Source: Macrostomum lignano (Eukaryota). Taken from it: DNA of 64,000 nt. The notes under the pieces were generated by a model. That model saw only the letters and a program-made list of their open reading frames with translations. It was not told where the DNA came from and did not search any database. This document shows, in pieces, positions 1 through 12,668 of this stretch. The translations under genes and the position numbers were made by a program. The DNA lies in contig NIVC01000591.1 in the NCBI GenBank assembly GCA_002269645.1, positions 248,001 to 312,000 of the forward strand, given 5' to 3'. Position 1 is the stretch's first letter; each line of letters opens with the position of its first letter.

Positions 1-237
1 TGTTTTTGGTCATTCATCTATTTCGAAGTCTAGCAGATCCATTTTTCATGATAGTCAGAGTGGTTTCCGAACTGCCTTATAAAATTGCTTGATGGATTTT
101 TTTCATTTTATGGAGCATTTTCAAGCACTCGTGGATTAGATAAATACGATAACCTATAACGAGCAGATAGGACACCTAAAAGCTTTACAATTCGTCCCAC
201 TAAAAATCGTCAAAACCTTTAGCCGAGTGACTGGAAA

Positions 238-978
238 ATGCGTTTGCTTTCAATGAATATTTGGTTTGCAAATTTCCTGCCACTGGCATTCGGTAATTTG
301 TGCCCCCAGCCTTACAGCCTCCGGGCTGGCAAGTGCGTCCATATTAATGAGTTAAACAGTCACACGTGGTGCAAAGCGAACGCTGAGTGCATCTCAATCG
401 GAGGGGAGCTCATCAGCAACTACGGCACCCTGATCCTGCTTGGCAGCATGTCAATTTCGGTTCCCAATCATCTTTGGCTTGGAGTCACCGACTTGCCTGA
501 CGAGAGAGACAGGAGCAGGTCTGGCTGGCATTTGATCAACAACAAAGGAGTTCTGCCGCTTAATGATACATTGTGGGGGACCGAGGAACCTAATAATATT
601 GACAAAAACCAGGACTGTTTAATCATGCAGCAAAATGCTCCGGGCAAGTTGGCTGATCTCCCCTGCTCGAACCTGCGCGGCTTCATGTGTGAATAAGTCG
701 CCGCGCTGCAGACTGCAAATTCGAGTCAAACCACTTGGAGACCAGCAGCTTTCAAGGCTCGGCACTTCAACCGCAACACTGAGTACTGCTATAGCGATCT
801 GAAGAAGGTGAAAAATTCGGTCGCTTGCGTGGCCGCCTGCATGCGAGCGAGAACCTGCCGACATGCGCTGTACCACAGGAAGCTGCACGACTGCCGCCTG
901 CTGCTGTTCACGGATGCCCAAGTGGAGGAGAGCATCGAGACGAACCCAGACTGGGTGAAGTACAGCCTGCAGAACTAA
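238..978 (+). pseudogene. Secreted C-type lectin + PAN/apple-domain gene interrupted by an in-frame TAA at 694-696 (nonsense allele/pseudogene, or a CTL-only protein 238-696)
   Basis: Hydrophobic N-terminus; CTLD motifs WCKANAEC...WLG...W...EEPNN...DC...LADLPC...FMCE. The same frame continues after the stop for 93 codons with a PAN-like pattern (C-VAA-C-MRART-C-RHALYHRKLHD-C-RLL) to TAA 976-978. AATAAA at about 1106. Confidence 0.8.
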
Positions 979-1171
979 TGTTGAACAACATTGACAACTC
1001 AAATGTGAACTTTATTTATTAATTCACTAATCTTTCCAGCAATTTTTAAAATCAAAATTACCTGTTCATATTTGCGAACTTTTTAGACAGAAGTTAAACC
1101 TCAATAATAAATTATTCTATGTAAAAATAGCATATTTTGTTCATCTATCCGAAGTTTTCTTCTGAATTCTT

Positions 1172-1342
1172 TTTCAATATACTGTGGCGGACGAGTGCAA
1201 GCGCACCTGAGGACGGCCGTTTAGGTGCCCTCGCGCCCACCTCATCACGCCGCGTCTATGCTCCACCCACCCCGGAGATTAGGGGTGGGGGTTCGCCCAA
1301 CCAGCCTGAGCTACGTGGGGGTTGGGGTTGACTGACTAACTA
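1172..1342 (+). mobile_element. Possible short 3' end of a truncated retroelement (GC-rich island ending in a GACT/AACT tail)
   Basis: GC-rich block in AT-rich DNA ending gttgactgactaacta, resembling the short tandem tails of the LINE fragments elsewhere in the window. No coding homology or TSD seen. Confidence 0.25.
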
Positions 1343-1694
1343 GCACGTTGGCCTATTTAACCTGATTGTGCGCACATGCTTGTAAGAACTTTTTGCTCTC
1401 CGCAAATACAATTTCAAGTCTGCAAGCAGTAGCAACTGCCCGCTTCAATACGATATTACGAGACTGACAATCCAAGAGAACAAAAACAGCTAAAATTTCT
1501 TCAAATATTTACCTGCTTAGGTGAAAATTCTAAGGAAAACGGTTTAATAAAGTTTATGGATCAAGACGCACACATGGTTCAATATAAGTTTTGAAACTTG
1601 AAGTTTTCTAGTACGTCAAAGCATTAAGATGGTAGATTGTGTCTATGGTAAAACCATATGCATAAGCACATTTTCACATGTTTTAACGTGTATA

Positions 1695-2010
1695 AATAAT
1701 ATTAATATTAATAATAATTTCATGATTACACCGGCCCTATTGGGCAGACGTGCAACCGACAGCTCAGCCGCAGCTATTGCGCGGCGCATCTGAAGGCTGC
1801 GTACGGCTGTTCAGTCCAAGGACTGGAGGGAGGGCCGCCACACGCTACCCCAATTAACCCAGCTAATGCTGGCACGGCAACCCATTTTACAGCTGGGTGA
1901 ACTGAAGCAATGTTTATTTAAGTGTCTTGCTCAAAGACACAAATTGTTCCGAATTGGGTCGAGAATCGAACCCCCGACCTTTTCATGAGTCCAACACTCT
2001 AACTACTCAT
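1695..2010 (-). mobile_element. tRNA-derived CORE-type SINE
   Basis: Minus strand reads an A-box-like GTAGTTAGAGTGTTGG and B-box GGTTCGATTC, then GTGTCTTTGAGCAAGACACTTAA...CTTCAGTTCACCCAGCTGTAAAATGGG, resembling the MIR/CORE core, and ends in an (ATT)-rich tail. Confidence 0.7.
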
Positions 2011-2768
2011 TAATTTAAGTCATTAACTAATGCTGCCCTGGTTATAAAATTACCTGAAGAAATGCTGAGCTTAATGCATTCTTCAACTATTGAGGGAAAA
2101 ATTCAGAAAAATTAATAATCATATCTCAAAAATCCCCTGTAGACGGATAAATCAGAAATATGCATCGATCTTGCATCAAAGCGACAAAGGCTTACTGCAT
2201 TACTAAAAGTAGCAAACTAAGATTTTTTGCTTAAAAAACTCTTTATGTGAGATAAAAATTCTCATTCCTGACGATTAGAGAGTCAAAGGGCCGCTGTGTG
2301 AGCGTGTGAGGTGCCTGCAACCCTCGTGATTTAAATATTATTGTTGCTATTACTTTTAAAAATCCACCCACTCCACTGGCTATTAGAAAATGAAAAGGTG
2401 TAAGAAGCAATTTTTATCCATAATTAAACACACACGATCACCTGCATCTCACTGTTTTTGCCAGCCCCGCCCACTCAAATAATCAGCTTCTTTGGGGACT
2501 CTTCGAGAAGTCTGGGGGTGGGTCATTTGAGCACGGCAGTTATCCCTACATTGCTCTTGGGCACTCATTAGCGCCATAAACACAGGCGGGCAGACACCCC
2601 CATCCAGCCTCTTTCACAACTGCTGCATCGTCAGCTCAGATGCGGGTGGCCTGCAAACTGGAAGCTGCTTGCGGGTGATGATTAAAGCTTCTGAGAAATT
2701 CATTTCGGGTAAATTGAAACTGAAGTCCTGACTTACTGTTTTATTTTCCTGAGCTGATAGGCTTTTTT

Positions 2769-2925
2769 AGATTGGAAGCAATGAGATATTGATAAGCAAT
2801 GAGATTGATAAGCAATGGGATATTGATAAGCAATCGGATTGATAAGCAATGGGATTGATAAGCAATAAGATTGATAAACAATGAGATTGATAAGCAATAA
2901 GATTGATAAGCAATGAGATTGATAA
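2769..2925. repeat. About 16-bp tandem repeat (GAGATTGATAAGCAAT)
   Basis: About 9 imperfect copies visible. Confidence 0.9.
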
Positions 2926-3409
2926 ATTATAAGTTTTACAATCATTGAGATGTGAATTTTAAGGCGAAATTGAAAAGCCTTTGTCATCCTCTTATTCTCA
3001 CACTCTGATGAGGCGCTGACTCTGATCCGAGCACAGGCACAGAGCAGACTCAGAGCGATAAGTGTAAGAAAATTGCATCAACAAAAGAGTCAGTCGTGAC
3101 CACGCCTACCAAAGGCTCCATAAGAAGGCTTTCTAAAAGAAAATTATTTCGAGTGTGTCAAGCAAAATCGCTGCAGGGGTTGCGCCGCTCAGTTCCTGCT
3201 GCATTCACCTGTAACGCAAAACTTTATCCACACCTCAAAAATGTCACGGATTTTTTCTGCATTTTGTCTTTCCACGAATAATTAGCTGAGAACAATGCAC
3301 GTCTCAAATTATTTAAGTCGATGACCTTTCTATATTTCTTTCATAAACACAGGTTCTATTAAATCAGAATAAACTGAACAAAAAATCGTTTTGAGTCTTA
3401 GTTAGATAC

Positions 3410-4490
3410 TGTGCTCAAATCCCCGCTCAAATCTCTGCTCAAATCTATGCTCAAATTCCTGCATAAATCCCTGCATAAATCCCTGCATAAATCCCTGCAT
3501 AAATCCCTGCTCAAATATTTGCTCAATTTCTTGCTCAAATCCCTGCTCAAATCCCTGCTCAAATCCCTGCTCAAATATTTGCTCAAACTTCTGCTCAAAT
3601 CCCTGCATAAATCCCTGCATAAATCCCTGCTCGAACTTTTGCTCAAATCCCTGCTCAAATCCCTGCTTAAATTCCTGCTCAAATCCCTGCTCAAATATTT
3701 GCTCAAACTTCTGCTCAAATCTCTGCTCAAATCCCTGCTCAAATCCCTGCTCAAATCCTTTCTCAAATTTCTGCTCAAATATTTGCTCAAACTTCTGCTC
3801 AAATCTCTGCTCAAATCCCTGCTCAAATCCCTGCTCTATTTGCTCATATTTGCTCAAACTTCTGCTCAAATCCCTGCATAAATCCCTGCATAAATCCCTG
3901 CTCGAACTTTTGCTCAAATCCCTGCTCAAATCCCTGCTCAAATCCCTGCTCAAATATTTGCTCAAACTTCTGCTCAAACTTCTGCTCAAATCCCTGCTCA
4001 AATCCCTGCTTAAATATTTGCTCAAACTTCTGCTCAAATCCCTGCATAAATCCCTGCATAAATCCCTGCATAAATCCCTGCTCGAACTTTTGCTCAAATC
4101 CCTGCTCAAATCCCTGCTCAAATCCCTGCTCAAATCCCTGCTCAAATCCCTGCTCAAATGCCTGCTCAAATCCCTGCTCAAATCCCTGCTCAAATCCCTG
4201 CTCAAATCCCTGCTCAAATCCCTGCTCAAATCCCTGCTCAAATCCCTGCTCAAATCCCTGCTCAAATCCCTGCTCAAATCCCTGCTCAAATCCCTGCTCA
4301 AATCCCTGCTCAAATCCCTGCTCAAATCCCTGCTCAAATATTTGCACAAACTTCTGCTCAAATCTCTGCTTAAATCCCTGCTCAAATCCCTGCTCAAATC
4401 CCTGCTCGAACTTTTGCTCAAATTTCTGCTCAAACCACTGCTCAAATATTTGCTCAAACTTCTGCTCAAATCCCAGCTCAAATCCCTACT
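3410..4490. repeat. 12-bp minisatellite (CTGCTCAAATCC)n
   Basis: About 90 copies; the source of the spurious RDLS/EQGF/LLKS ORFs. Confidence 0.97.
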
Positions 4491-4796
4491 CGATTGCCAT
4501 CTTTAATAGGGCTAAAAAGTAAGCATAAAAACATGCGGCTCAAACTTTTCACACATTTTCACCTTCTCGTAGAGACCTGCAGCTTCAGGCTGACCCTTCC
4601 TATCATTGGCTGCCGCAGGTTACAGCAACCCCAACCAACAGAACCATTGTAATAACCTGCAAGCCAAAAAAATAATTAAAAGAACCCTTTTTCATTTTTA
4701 AACCAAAACGCAAGACACTTCTGTGTTTAAAAGTTGCACAAATTCTGACTTTCATTTCGGTCCCAAGAAATGTCGAATAGCTTCAATACTCGATCA

Positions 4797-5689
4797 ATGA
4801 CAATGGCACCAATGAATGAAGGTAAGCCAATTATAATTTCATTTTTTTGAGGGTTGGCGCCATTTCATTTGAGAGTTGGCGCCCTTTCATTTGAGGGTTG
4901 GCGCCATTTCATTTGAGAGTTGGCGCCCTTTCATTTGAGGGTTGGCGCCATTTCATTGAGGGGTGGCGCCATTTTATTTGAGAGTTGGTGCCTTTTTATT
5001 TTAGAGTTAGCGCCATTTTATTTTAGAGTTGGCGCTATTTATTCTAGAGTTGGCGCTATTTATTCTAGAGTTGGCGCCATTTTTATTTTAAATGGTGGCG
5101 CCATTTCATTTGAGGGGTGGCGCCACCTTTAACCCCCGCCTCTTCATCAACGCCAATCCTCAAAATTGCCTCCCAGCCGCCGGACCGTCGCCGCTGACTC
5201 CGCAGCAGCCACCCGTTTGCTCCGGCTGCGGCTTTGCCATTCTCGATCAGTTTCTTATTGAGCTGAGTCCCGGGCAGCAGTGCTGGCACCGCGGCTGCCT
5301 GCTGTGCTGCGCCTGCGGCGAGGAGCTGGCCAAGTTACGGGTCTGCCACTCAAGGAATGAAATGAACTTCTGCAGCCGACATTGCCGAAGGTGAGCAGCT
5401 GGGGAATCACAGCTCCAATTTAGATACTGATTATTTATTAATACGAAATAAGTAGGTGTATATATATGGATAGATTGATAGAGTGATCAATTGTTTGACT
5501 GTTTAATTAATAGATTTATAGATTAATTGTTTAATTGATCGTTTGTTTTTTCGTTGATTGATTGTATTATTCGTTGATTGGTTTATTAATTTATTGATTG
5601 TTTGTATATTGGTTTTATTGATTGATTGATTAATTGATTGATTGATAGACTGATTGGTTGGTTGGTTTGTTGGTTTGTTGGTTGGTTGG

Positions 5690-5732
<43 letters not shown>

Positions 5733-5929
5733 GTTGGTTGGTTGGTTGGTTGGTTGGTTGGTTAGTTGGTTGGTCGATTGATTGATTGATTGATTGATTG
5801 GTTGGTTGGTTGGTTGGTTGGTTGGTTGGTTTGTTGGTTGGTTGGTTGGTTGGTTGGTTGGTTGGTTGGTTGATTGATTGATTGATTGGTTGGTTGGTTG
5901 GTTGGTTTGTTGGTTGGTTGGTTGGTTGG

Positions 5930-5984
<55 letters not shown>

Positions 5985-6153
5985 GTTGGTTGGTTGGTTG
6001 GTTGGTTGGTTGGTTGGTTGGTTGGTTGGTTGATTGATTGATTGATTGATTGATCGGTTGGTTGGTTGGTTGGTTGGTTGGTTTGTTGGTTGGTTTGTTG
6101 GTTGGTTGGTTGGTTGGTTGGTTGGTTGATTGATTGATTGATTGATTGGTTGG

Positions 6154-6192
<39 letters not shown>

Positions 6193-7120
6193 TTTGATTG
6201 ATTAATTGATCTAATCAAACCGCTTCCCCAACCCACTCTAGTCTTTTCTCTCCTCGGTGCCACGCCTGTCACCTGGTGATCCACCGTACCGACCATGTGA
6301 TTCGAGCTCGCGACCTTATCTTCCACGCCGATTGTCTCCGCTGTGACGACTGCAACCGCAGGCTGCAGACTGGCGAGCTGTTCGGCCTGTCCTGCGGCCG
6401 CGGCCCGCTCTGCCTCGCCCACTTCGCCCTGACCTGCGGGGCCTCCGCCGACCAGATCAGCGCCGCCGACCACCCAGTAGTGGCCGCCGATGATGGAGTC
6501 GACAGCGAGGAGACTATTGGTGAGCGAGCCAACCCCGTTGCCTTGGTAACGAGTTTACGAGTATTCAAAACACATTTTATGCACTAACTTCAGATTTAGA
6601 CAACCGGGGGCCAAGCGATCTATTCGGCCCGAGTTACCATGGCAACCAGGATACAAGTAGCCCGGTGGAGCAGCCGCTGCACATGGCCCAATACGAGGAC
6701 ATATCGCAGGATCAGGACTACCCTAGCAACCAAACCGATGGCGCTCACGTTGGTGACACGGCAGTCCGAGGCGACAATGGTTGGCATAGCAACCAGCCAA
6801 CCCAAGACGTTATGGGTTGTCATGGAAACCAGTCAAACCAAAATGTGCCAGGTTTCCATAGCAACCCGACGCTACTATTCTCAACTGTTGGCCCGATCTC
6901 AAGACAACCTCGTACCACTCTAACCTTTAGTCAGCAGCAGATGCTGCTCAACGCCTACTCGCAATGCTCGAGGCCGGACACTTTGACCAAAGTTCGTCTG
7001 GCCGAGCTGTCCGGTCTGCCCCTCCGGGTGGTTCGAGTCTGGTTCCAGAACCGGCGCTGCAAGGAGAAGAAGCGCAAGCTGAGGCTCCCCATCGCGGCTG
7101 ATGAGTCCGGTCAACATTAG
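4797..7120 (+). CDS. LIM-homeobox transcription factor, Islet-like (2 LIM domains + homeodomain); exons 4797-4821, 5177-5390, 6242-6519, 6594-7120
   Basis: LIM1 CSGC...[11 protein letters not shown]...FCSRH, linker [13 protein letters not shown]2 ...[11 protein letters not shown]...LCLAH. Homeodomain RQPRTTLT...[32 protein letters not shown], where RPD and RCKxKK are Islet-like. All three introns are GT-AG and phase-consistent (1, 2, 1). Confidence 0.9.
4849..5128. repeat. 22-bp minisatellite (GAGGGTTGGCGCCATTTCATTT) in LIM-HD intron 1
   Basis: About 12 copies, starting 27 nt after the donor at 4822. Confidence 0.9.
5560..6215. repeat. Compound (GATT)n/(GGTT)n microsatellite in LIM-HD intron 2
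   Basis: Alternating tetranucleotide blocks. Confidence 0.97.
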
Positions 7121-8419
7121 GCAAACTGAGGCTGAGGATGGAGCTGGGATGGCAACCGCGGGATCTGATTGAAGTTGCAAAACAGTTTTTAAAATTGGAC
7201 TGAAGTATCTTATATTGTGCTTACTGTGTGTCCCTAGTCTTAGTCCTTAGTTTTTGTCTTAGGTCCTTAGCTTTAGTCTTAGGTCCTTGATTATAGTCAT
7301 TCGTCCTTAGTTCCGTCTTACGCTCGTACATGTAGGTCATTAGTTTTAGTCTTTAGTCTGAGTTTTAGGGTAGTTAGTCATTAGTCGTACGCTATGTTTG
7401 TCCTTTGTTTAAATTTTTTTGCAAATTGAAAAGACAATCCCTAGTTTTTTCTCTTATTTTGCCCAATAATAATGCAACGGGATATTTTAAAGATTTTTTT
7501 ATTGCTCTGCATACTTGTTGTAATGCTTGTAGTAGTATATGCCATTTTCATCTCTTTTCAAAAAATATATTTCCGTAAATTTCGGTTGAGTAAAATTTAT
7601 TCGGTCAAGATATCTCAGATTAATTAGGGACAATCCCACTTTGGTCTATATTTGTTTATTGTGTTTCAAGACCTAAATACGAGCTACAGATTCTGAACAC
7701 TCAATATGGTTCACTCAACCCTATTTTGTATGTGTCAATTTGACTTGCTACTCTGTGTCCAGTAGCATAAACGTATATTTGCTTTAATTCTTGTCAAATG
7801 ATGGCTAGCTGCTTTTGGTCAAACGCGAGCAAATTTGCCGCTTTTAATTATTTTATCTATGGCCAAGCTTGGCCAAGTTAATGATGCTTTTTTTACACTC
7901 ATACTACTGAACAGAGAGTAGTTTTGTTAAACATAAGTTAAATGAATAATCTAGGGTATTTAATCGTAGTATCTGTGGTCCAGCATTCGCTAGTGCATTC
8001 AGCGGCCGTCTTTGAAGCCCCGAAACCCAGGGTTAGGGCCATAGACACTGACTGCTGCTCATAAGATGAAAAGATGCTCCCAATCATAGAAAGTGTCTCC
8101 AAAAAGCCAGCTACCAAATGGTGACTGAGACGTCCCTCCTGTACGAGAAGGGAGAAAAGAAACTGAAAGGAGAGAATGAACGAGATGACGCATCATGAAA
8201 AACCTACCAAAATTGTCCCGAACTCCTCCCAGCCTCACTTACACAAGGCAATTCTTACTGTACACCAATCATATATATCCCTTCAACTAAGGTCACGACC
8301 ACGGAAAGATCATTCTAATTGTCAATAGAACATTGTCAAACCAGTCACTTGTAGAGCAGCCTCTCTGGCACCGCCGGCTTGCGTACCTAATCGGCTTGCG
8401 TACTACACCACCGGCTGCG

Positions 8420-9300
8420 GTAGTTATGCCGTAGTTATCGCGTGGACATCCATCCACTTTGAGCGCTCATCCACAATGACTAGTCGCATCTTCCCTTTCA
8501 CAGCATCGACAAAGTCGATGTGAAGGCGGGACCATGGTCTTGTCTGGCCTAGCCCAAGGGTGCTGGCGACTTCTGCAGCTCCTGGCAGTCGGGGCAAACG
8601 ATGAGGAGCTGCTTAATTTCTGCATCCAGTCCGGGCTACCAGAAGAAACAGCCCCGGCGTCTTCCGCTCTCAGCTGTTGCGTGCGTAACCTGTACGGCTG
8701 CAGATTTGGTGGCGGTCTCGCCTGCCACTGACCAGACTCAGAAAACACAGGACATTGGACGGCAAGGGATCCCGTCCTCGACCAAGCCCGGATATGCCTA
8801 GCAGTCACGGCACCTTTGTCCAACTAATCCGGCCAAAATCAGTGCCCACTGCTAGATTCTTCTGGTAGTCATGACAGGAATTGGCTTCGACTCATGCAGC
8901 ATTATTCTCCGGGGGCGAGCGCGTCCACAATGGCTCGCAGGCCAGCAGCATCAATGCAGTGTTCCAGGCAGCTCACGCTCTCCTGCATAAAGCTGCGCTT
9001 GTTCCGCCCGCACACTTCAGGCCGCTCTGTTTCAGGCGCTGTAAGAACCAGTTCCAGTAAGCACAGGCAGTTCTCGCAATTCTACCGGTGACGATGAGGT
9101 CGTGGATGAAACAGGCTACATGAGCAGTGGCCTGCGACAGGTTATCCATGCCAACTTTCGGCGCCACCCAAAAGGATGCCGGTAGGGCCGGGTACGTGTA
9201 GCGCAGCAGCTCATTCGATGCGTCAACGATGCAGATCCGCTGCGAGGCCTCGTCAAATGGCACAGGAACAGCTGGCTGCTCCGTGTGCTGGATCAAACGC
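8420..9300 (-). mobile_element. Decayed Ty3/Gypsy LTR-retrotransposon pol (RT, RNase H end, integrase remnants)
   Basis: Across frameshifts: RT ..MDNLSQATAHVACFIHDLIVTG (YLDD eroded)..LQRLKQSGLK, SFMQESVSCLEHCIDAAGL..AIVDALAP; RNase H end LHESKPIPVMTTRRI*QWALIL; integrase FW*PGLDAEIKQL..CPDCQ and RPWSRLHIDFVDAVKGKMRLVIVDERSKW. Confidence 0.88.
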
Positions 9301-9995
9301 TTCGCTATTCTGTTTAAGCGGGTTGTAGATCTTGTTTGGGTTTAGGTAACAAAAAAAACTTTCAGAAACAGAAAACAGTGCTTTAGACTAAAGTGGCGGT
9401 TTATCAGTTGCTGAGTGCGAAGTACGCGTACGGATAGGAAAAGCTACCGGTGGGACTATAAACCAAAGTTTCTCTTAAAAAAACTGCTATTAAACTCACA
9501 ATCAGGTACACGGTACCGGGTCATCCCTGTTTGAAGTTTTCGTTTTCGTTCTTCGTTTACGATTTTAGGTTCTTCGTTTTCATTTTCGGTTTTCAATTTG
9601 GCTATTTTTAAATAAATCAGAGTCTTGGACACTTTGTTTTTTTCAAATAACTGTAGATTCTAGTAACAGTAGAAATTTTAGCTCCAACTCCCATCAGAAT
9701 TGCTTAATTCATACACTATGGGTGAGTTAAAATACAGGATGAAGTACAAAAATTAACTCCCTGTCGATTGCGATTACAATAACCATTGGCTCTGCTAATT
9801 CAGCAACCAGCTTTGCCACCACTGCTGTGCTGTCCGTGTCTGGGCTACAACACCGTCTGGGTCACCTGCGTGGCCACCGCAGGAGGAGTTGCCGCGGGGT
9901 CTCCACGGGCGGAGCAGCTGCTACTCCAGCCATCCATCACCATTGCATCTCTGATTTAATTATCGGCAAAAGAACTACTAAAGTACTCGTAGAAC

Positions 9996-10616
9996 GACGC
10001 GACACTCGAAATCTATGGAAAATGTTTTGAAGGCCACTTTTCGCTGAAAAATACACTACGGAGATTCGAAGTTTTCATTTTTATAGCACAAAAATATTTT
10101 TGATAGGAGGCGGACCCAGTGTTTATCTTTTAATATGTTGTTCCTTTTTTATAGCTCTATTGATATTTTTTAAGTTTTTGTTCAGAAAATTAGGATTTAT
10201 GTTAATTTATAATTCTACGTACACTTCCTGTACCTAAAAATTCATAAAAATGCATGGCAAAGTTCGAAGCTTTGGTTTTATGAATCTATTGTATCATCTC
10301 TGTCATACATATTGTTCACAGTCTGCTAAGAATGACAAAAATAGATTTATAAAACCAATGAGCTGAGTCGTGCCATTTCAATGATTTTTTTGCACAGGAC
10401 ATGTGTAATTGTACATAGAATAAGAAATTCACATATAGAATCCTTATTTTCTGAACGAATCAGAAAGGCACAGTATATCAAAAGATGAACACCGGTTAGC
10501 TACCTACTATCGAAAACAATAACAGTTTTTGTGCTGAAAATTTCCTATCTCCGTAGTATATTTTTCGGCGAAAAGTGGCCCTCAAAACATTTCCCATAGA
10601 TTTCAAGTGTCGCGTC
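9996..10616. mobile_element. MITE-like element with about 70-bp imperfect terminal inverted repeats
   Basis: 9996-10065 (gacgcgacactcgaaatctatggaaaatgttttgaaggccacttttcgc...) is the reverse complement of 10547-10616. AT-rich non-coding interior; TSD not resolved. Confidence 0.75.
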
Positions 10617-12668
10617 CTGAATATACGTTGCTTTAGTTGTCCTTGTGGTGGCATTGGATTTTATGCATGCCGGATGAACTCTGGTGAAATTAACTTGGAA
10701 ATTACAAGTTAATTTTGCTCCGCAATAAGCACTAAGCACTGTCTACGGTCATTGTTTCCTATGGTTCCTCTGCACATGACGCCTGGTTATTGTTTTCTTC
10801 GAAATGCAATGCCTGTTTTGAAAGTTTCTGTCCTTCTTAATATATGAGTAGTTTTTCCTAATCAGAACAGATAGCATTGTAAAATATACATACTTTCACC
10901 CAGACACAATAACGGAAATCATATTAGTACGCTGTTGCTTTCTACAATGTATATATTTACCCAATGAATGTACATTTACCCCATAGGATTTAGAAATCTG
11001 CGAGTAGCTAAAAGCAATTTAAAGAGGTTAAGATCAACTTAAGGAAAACATATCCGCTCGAAGAAGCGAAGAGAAGAGACAATAGTGCAATGGACGGCTG
11101 AATCCGGAGCGGTGGGACAGCTTTGACGGAGATGTGGAAGGCCCGAGCTACATGTACACCCATAAATCGGAAGAGAATGAAAATACGATTAGGAATAGAG
11201 GTTAAGGAATGAAGAGAAACGTATGCCCACTACGTTAAATTCCCACTAAGAGCCATAGTTTGCTTCTAAGTTTCAAAACTTGAGCTTTTGGCAGGACTTT
11301 CTAAGGCAGAACACTCAGAGCATACCAAATACGTACTGTTGAGAAGGGGGTAATAATAAAAGAAATCTGCTCTTTAAGTTTAGTTTAGTTTAGTTGTACT
11401 GTTGTACATTGTGTACTGTTAGTTAAGTTTTGCTATGGAGCTCCGTGAAGACTCCGTTAAAAATATTCCGTTTGTTAAGTCGTTGATTTGGCTTGACTAT
11501 CGAAAGCGGCTCAGACTCGCTTGAGACCGTTGAAATTCTAGTATAGAATTGAAAGCCGCAGTTTGCAATCATCGCTACACCTACATTAATAGAAGCTCAT
11601 ACAGAAAGCTCCTAAGAAGAGGGAAAGGACTTAAACAAAAAGGTTATCCATCCCATGTACGCACTTCATCATGTGACTGATTTGCCACTTTTACATGTGA
11701 TGTACCAATCCATATCCCTCCGCAATTGCATTGACGTGAAAGTGTCAAATGATGCCACAATTTATGGAATAATGATATCTATGCTGGTACAAATGCAATG
11801 CACTCGTTTAGTATGCTTTTCTGCCATTGTTTATAACTTAAGATATGCACACTAGACAATCTACTGATAGTTCGGCCTTCTAAAACCTTTGATCGGAACA
11901 GTCCAACTCAGCTCCAAGGTAATTTCACATTCACTTTGTTGCACAATAAATTTGGACAGCTTGCAGGAGTCAATGAATTAAATACCCCCAACCGCTGCAA
12001 ACCATGACAGTATTATAGGGTGGGGAAACTCGGCAGTAGAGAGGGCCATTCGAAAGCATGACTTAGGCGAGGCAAATACAAAGACACAAGAAAAGTGGCT
12101 GAGGCAATGAACTAAAAAAGCCTTAAAGTGCGGCAGCTAATACAAAAACAGCAGCGAGCCCCCCTGTCTCATTACAGATCAAACTTCGCGAGACGAGTGA
12201 GGCGGTTGACTCCAACACCTCCCGAAATCGCTCAAATGCAACCAAGGCAAAACAGTCATACAAATTAACTTTGCCTATACGAGTATACGTAATAACTCGC
12301 TTGTTTTTAGTGTTAAAAGGCCAGAAAAACGAGTCGATGAAAGGTATAACAATTGCATAGTAACGTGAGACGCGCAGTAAAACCTACAAGTGCAGGATTC
12401 TCCTTCATTTAAAATTGGCTCTATAGAAAGCACAGAGTGGATTATTTCTAAAAATAGAAACTTTGTCATTCTATTGCCAAGTACGAGCGTACGAGCTATT
12501 TTTAGCAAAATGACGGGCTTTCACATAGCTAGAAGAAAATATAAAAATACTCCAAACCTGGAGCTGGAACCCCCTCAAGTTGTTTATTGCAATTTGCAAA
12601 CCAAAGTTGAACACGCCAAAGCGCCTCTAAAATCCCTGACAACACAGTCACATGGCATTTCAGCAAGA

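Noticed and set aside
694-696. TAA reassigned to Tyr as in a flatworm mitochondrial code
   Set aside because: This is nuclear DNA, and TAA is the real terminator at 976-978 and 17504-17506.
3398-4506. Long ORFs (RDLS, EQGF, LLKS repeats)
   Set aside because: Translations of a stop-free 12-bp array that is open in several frames on both strands.
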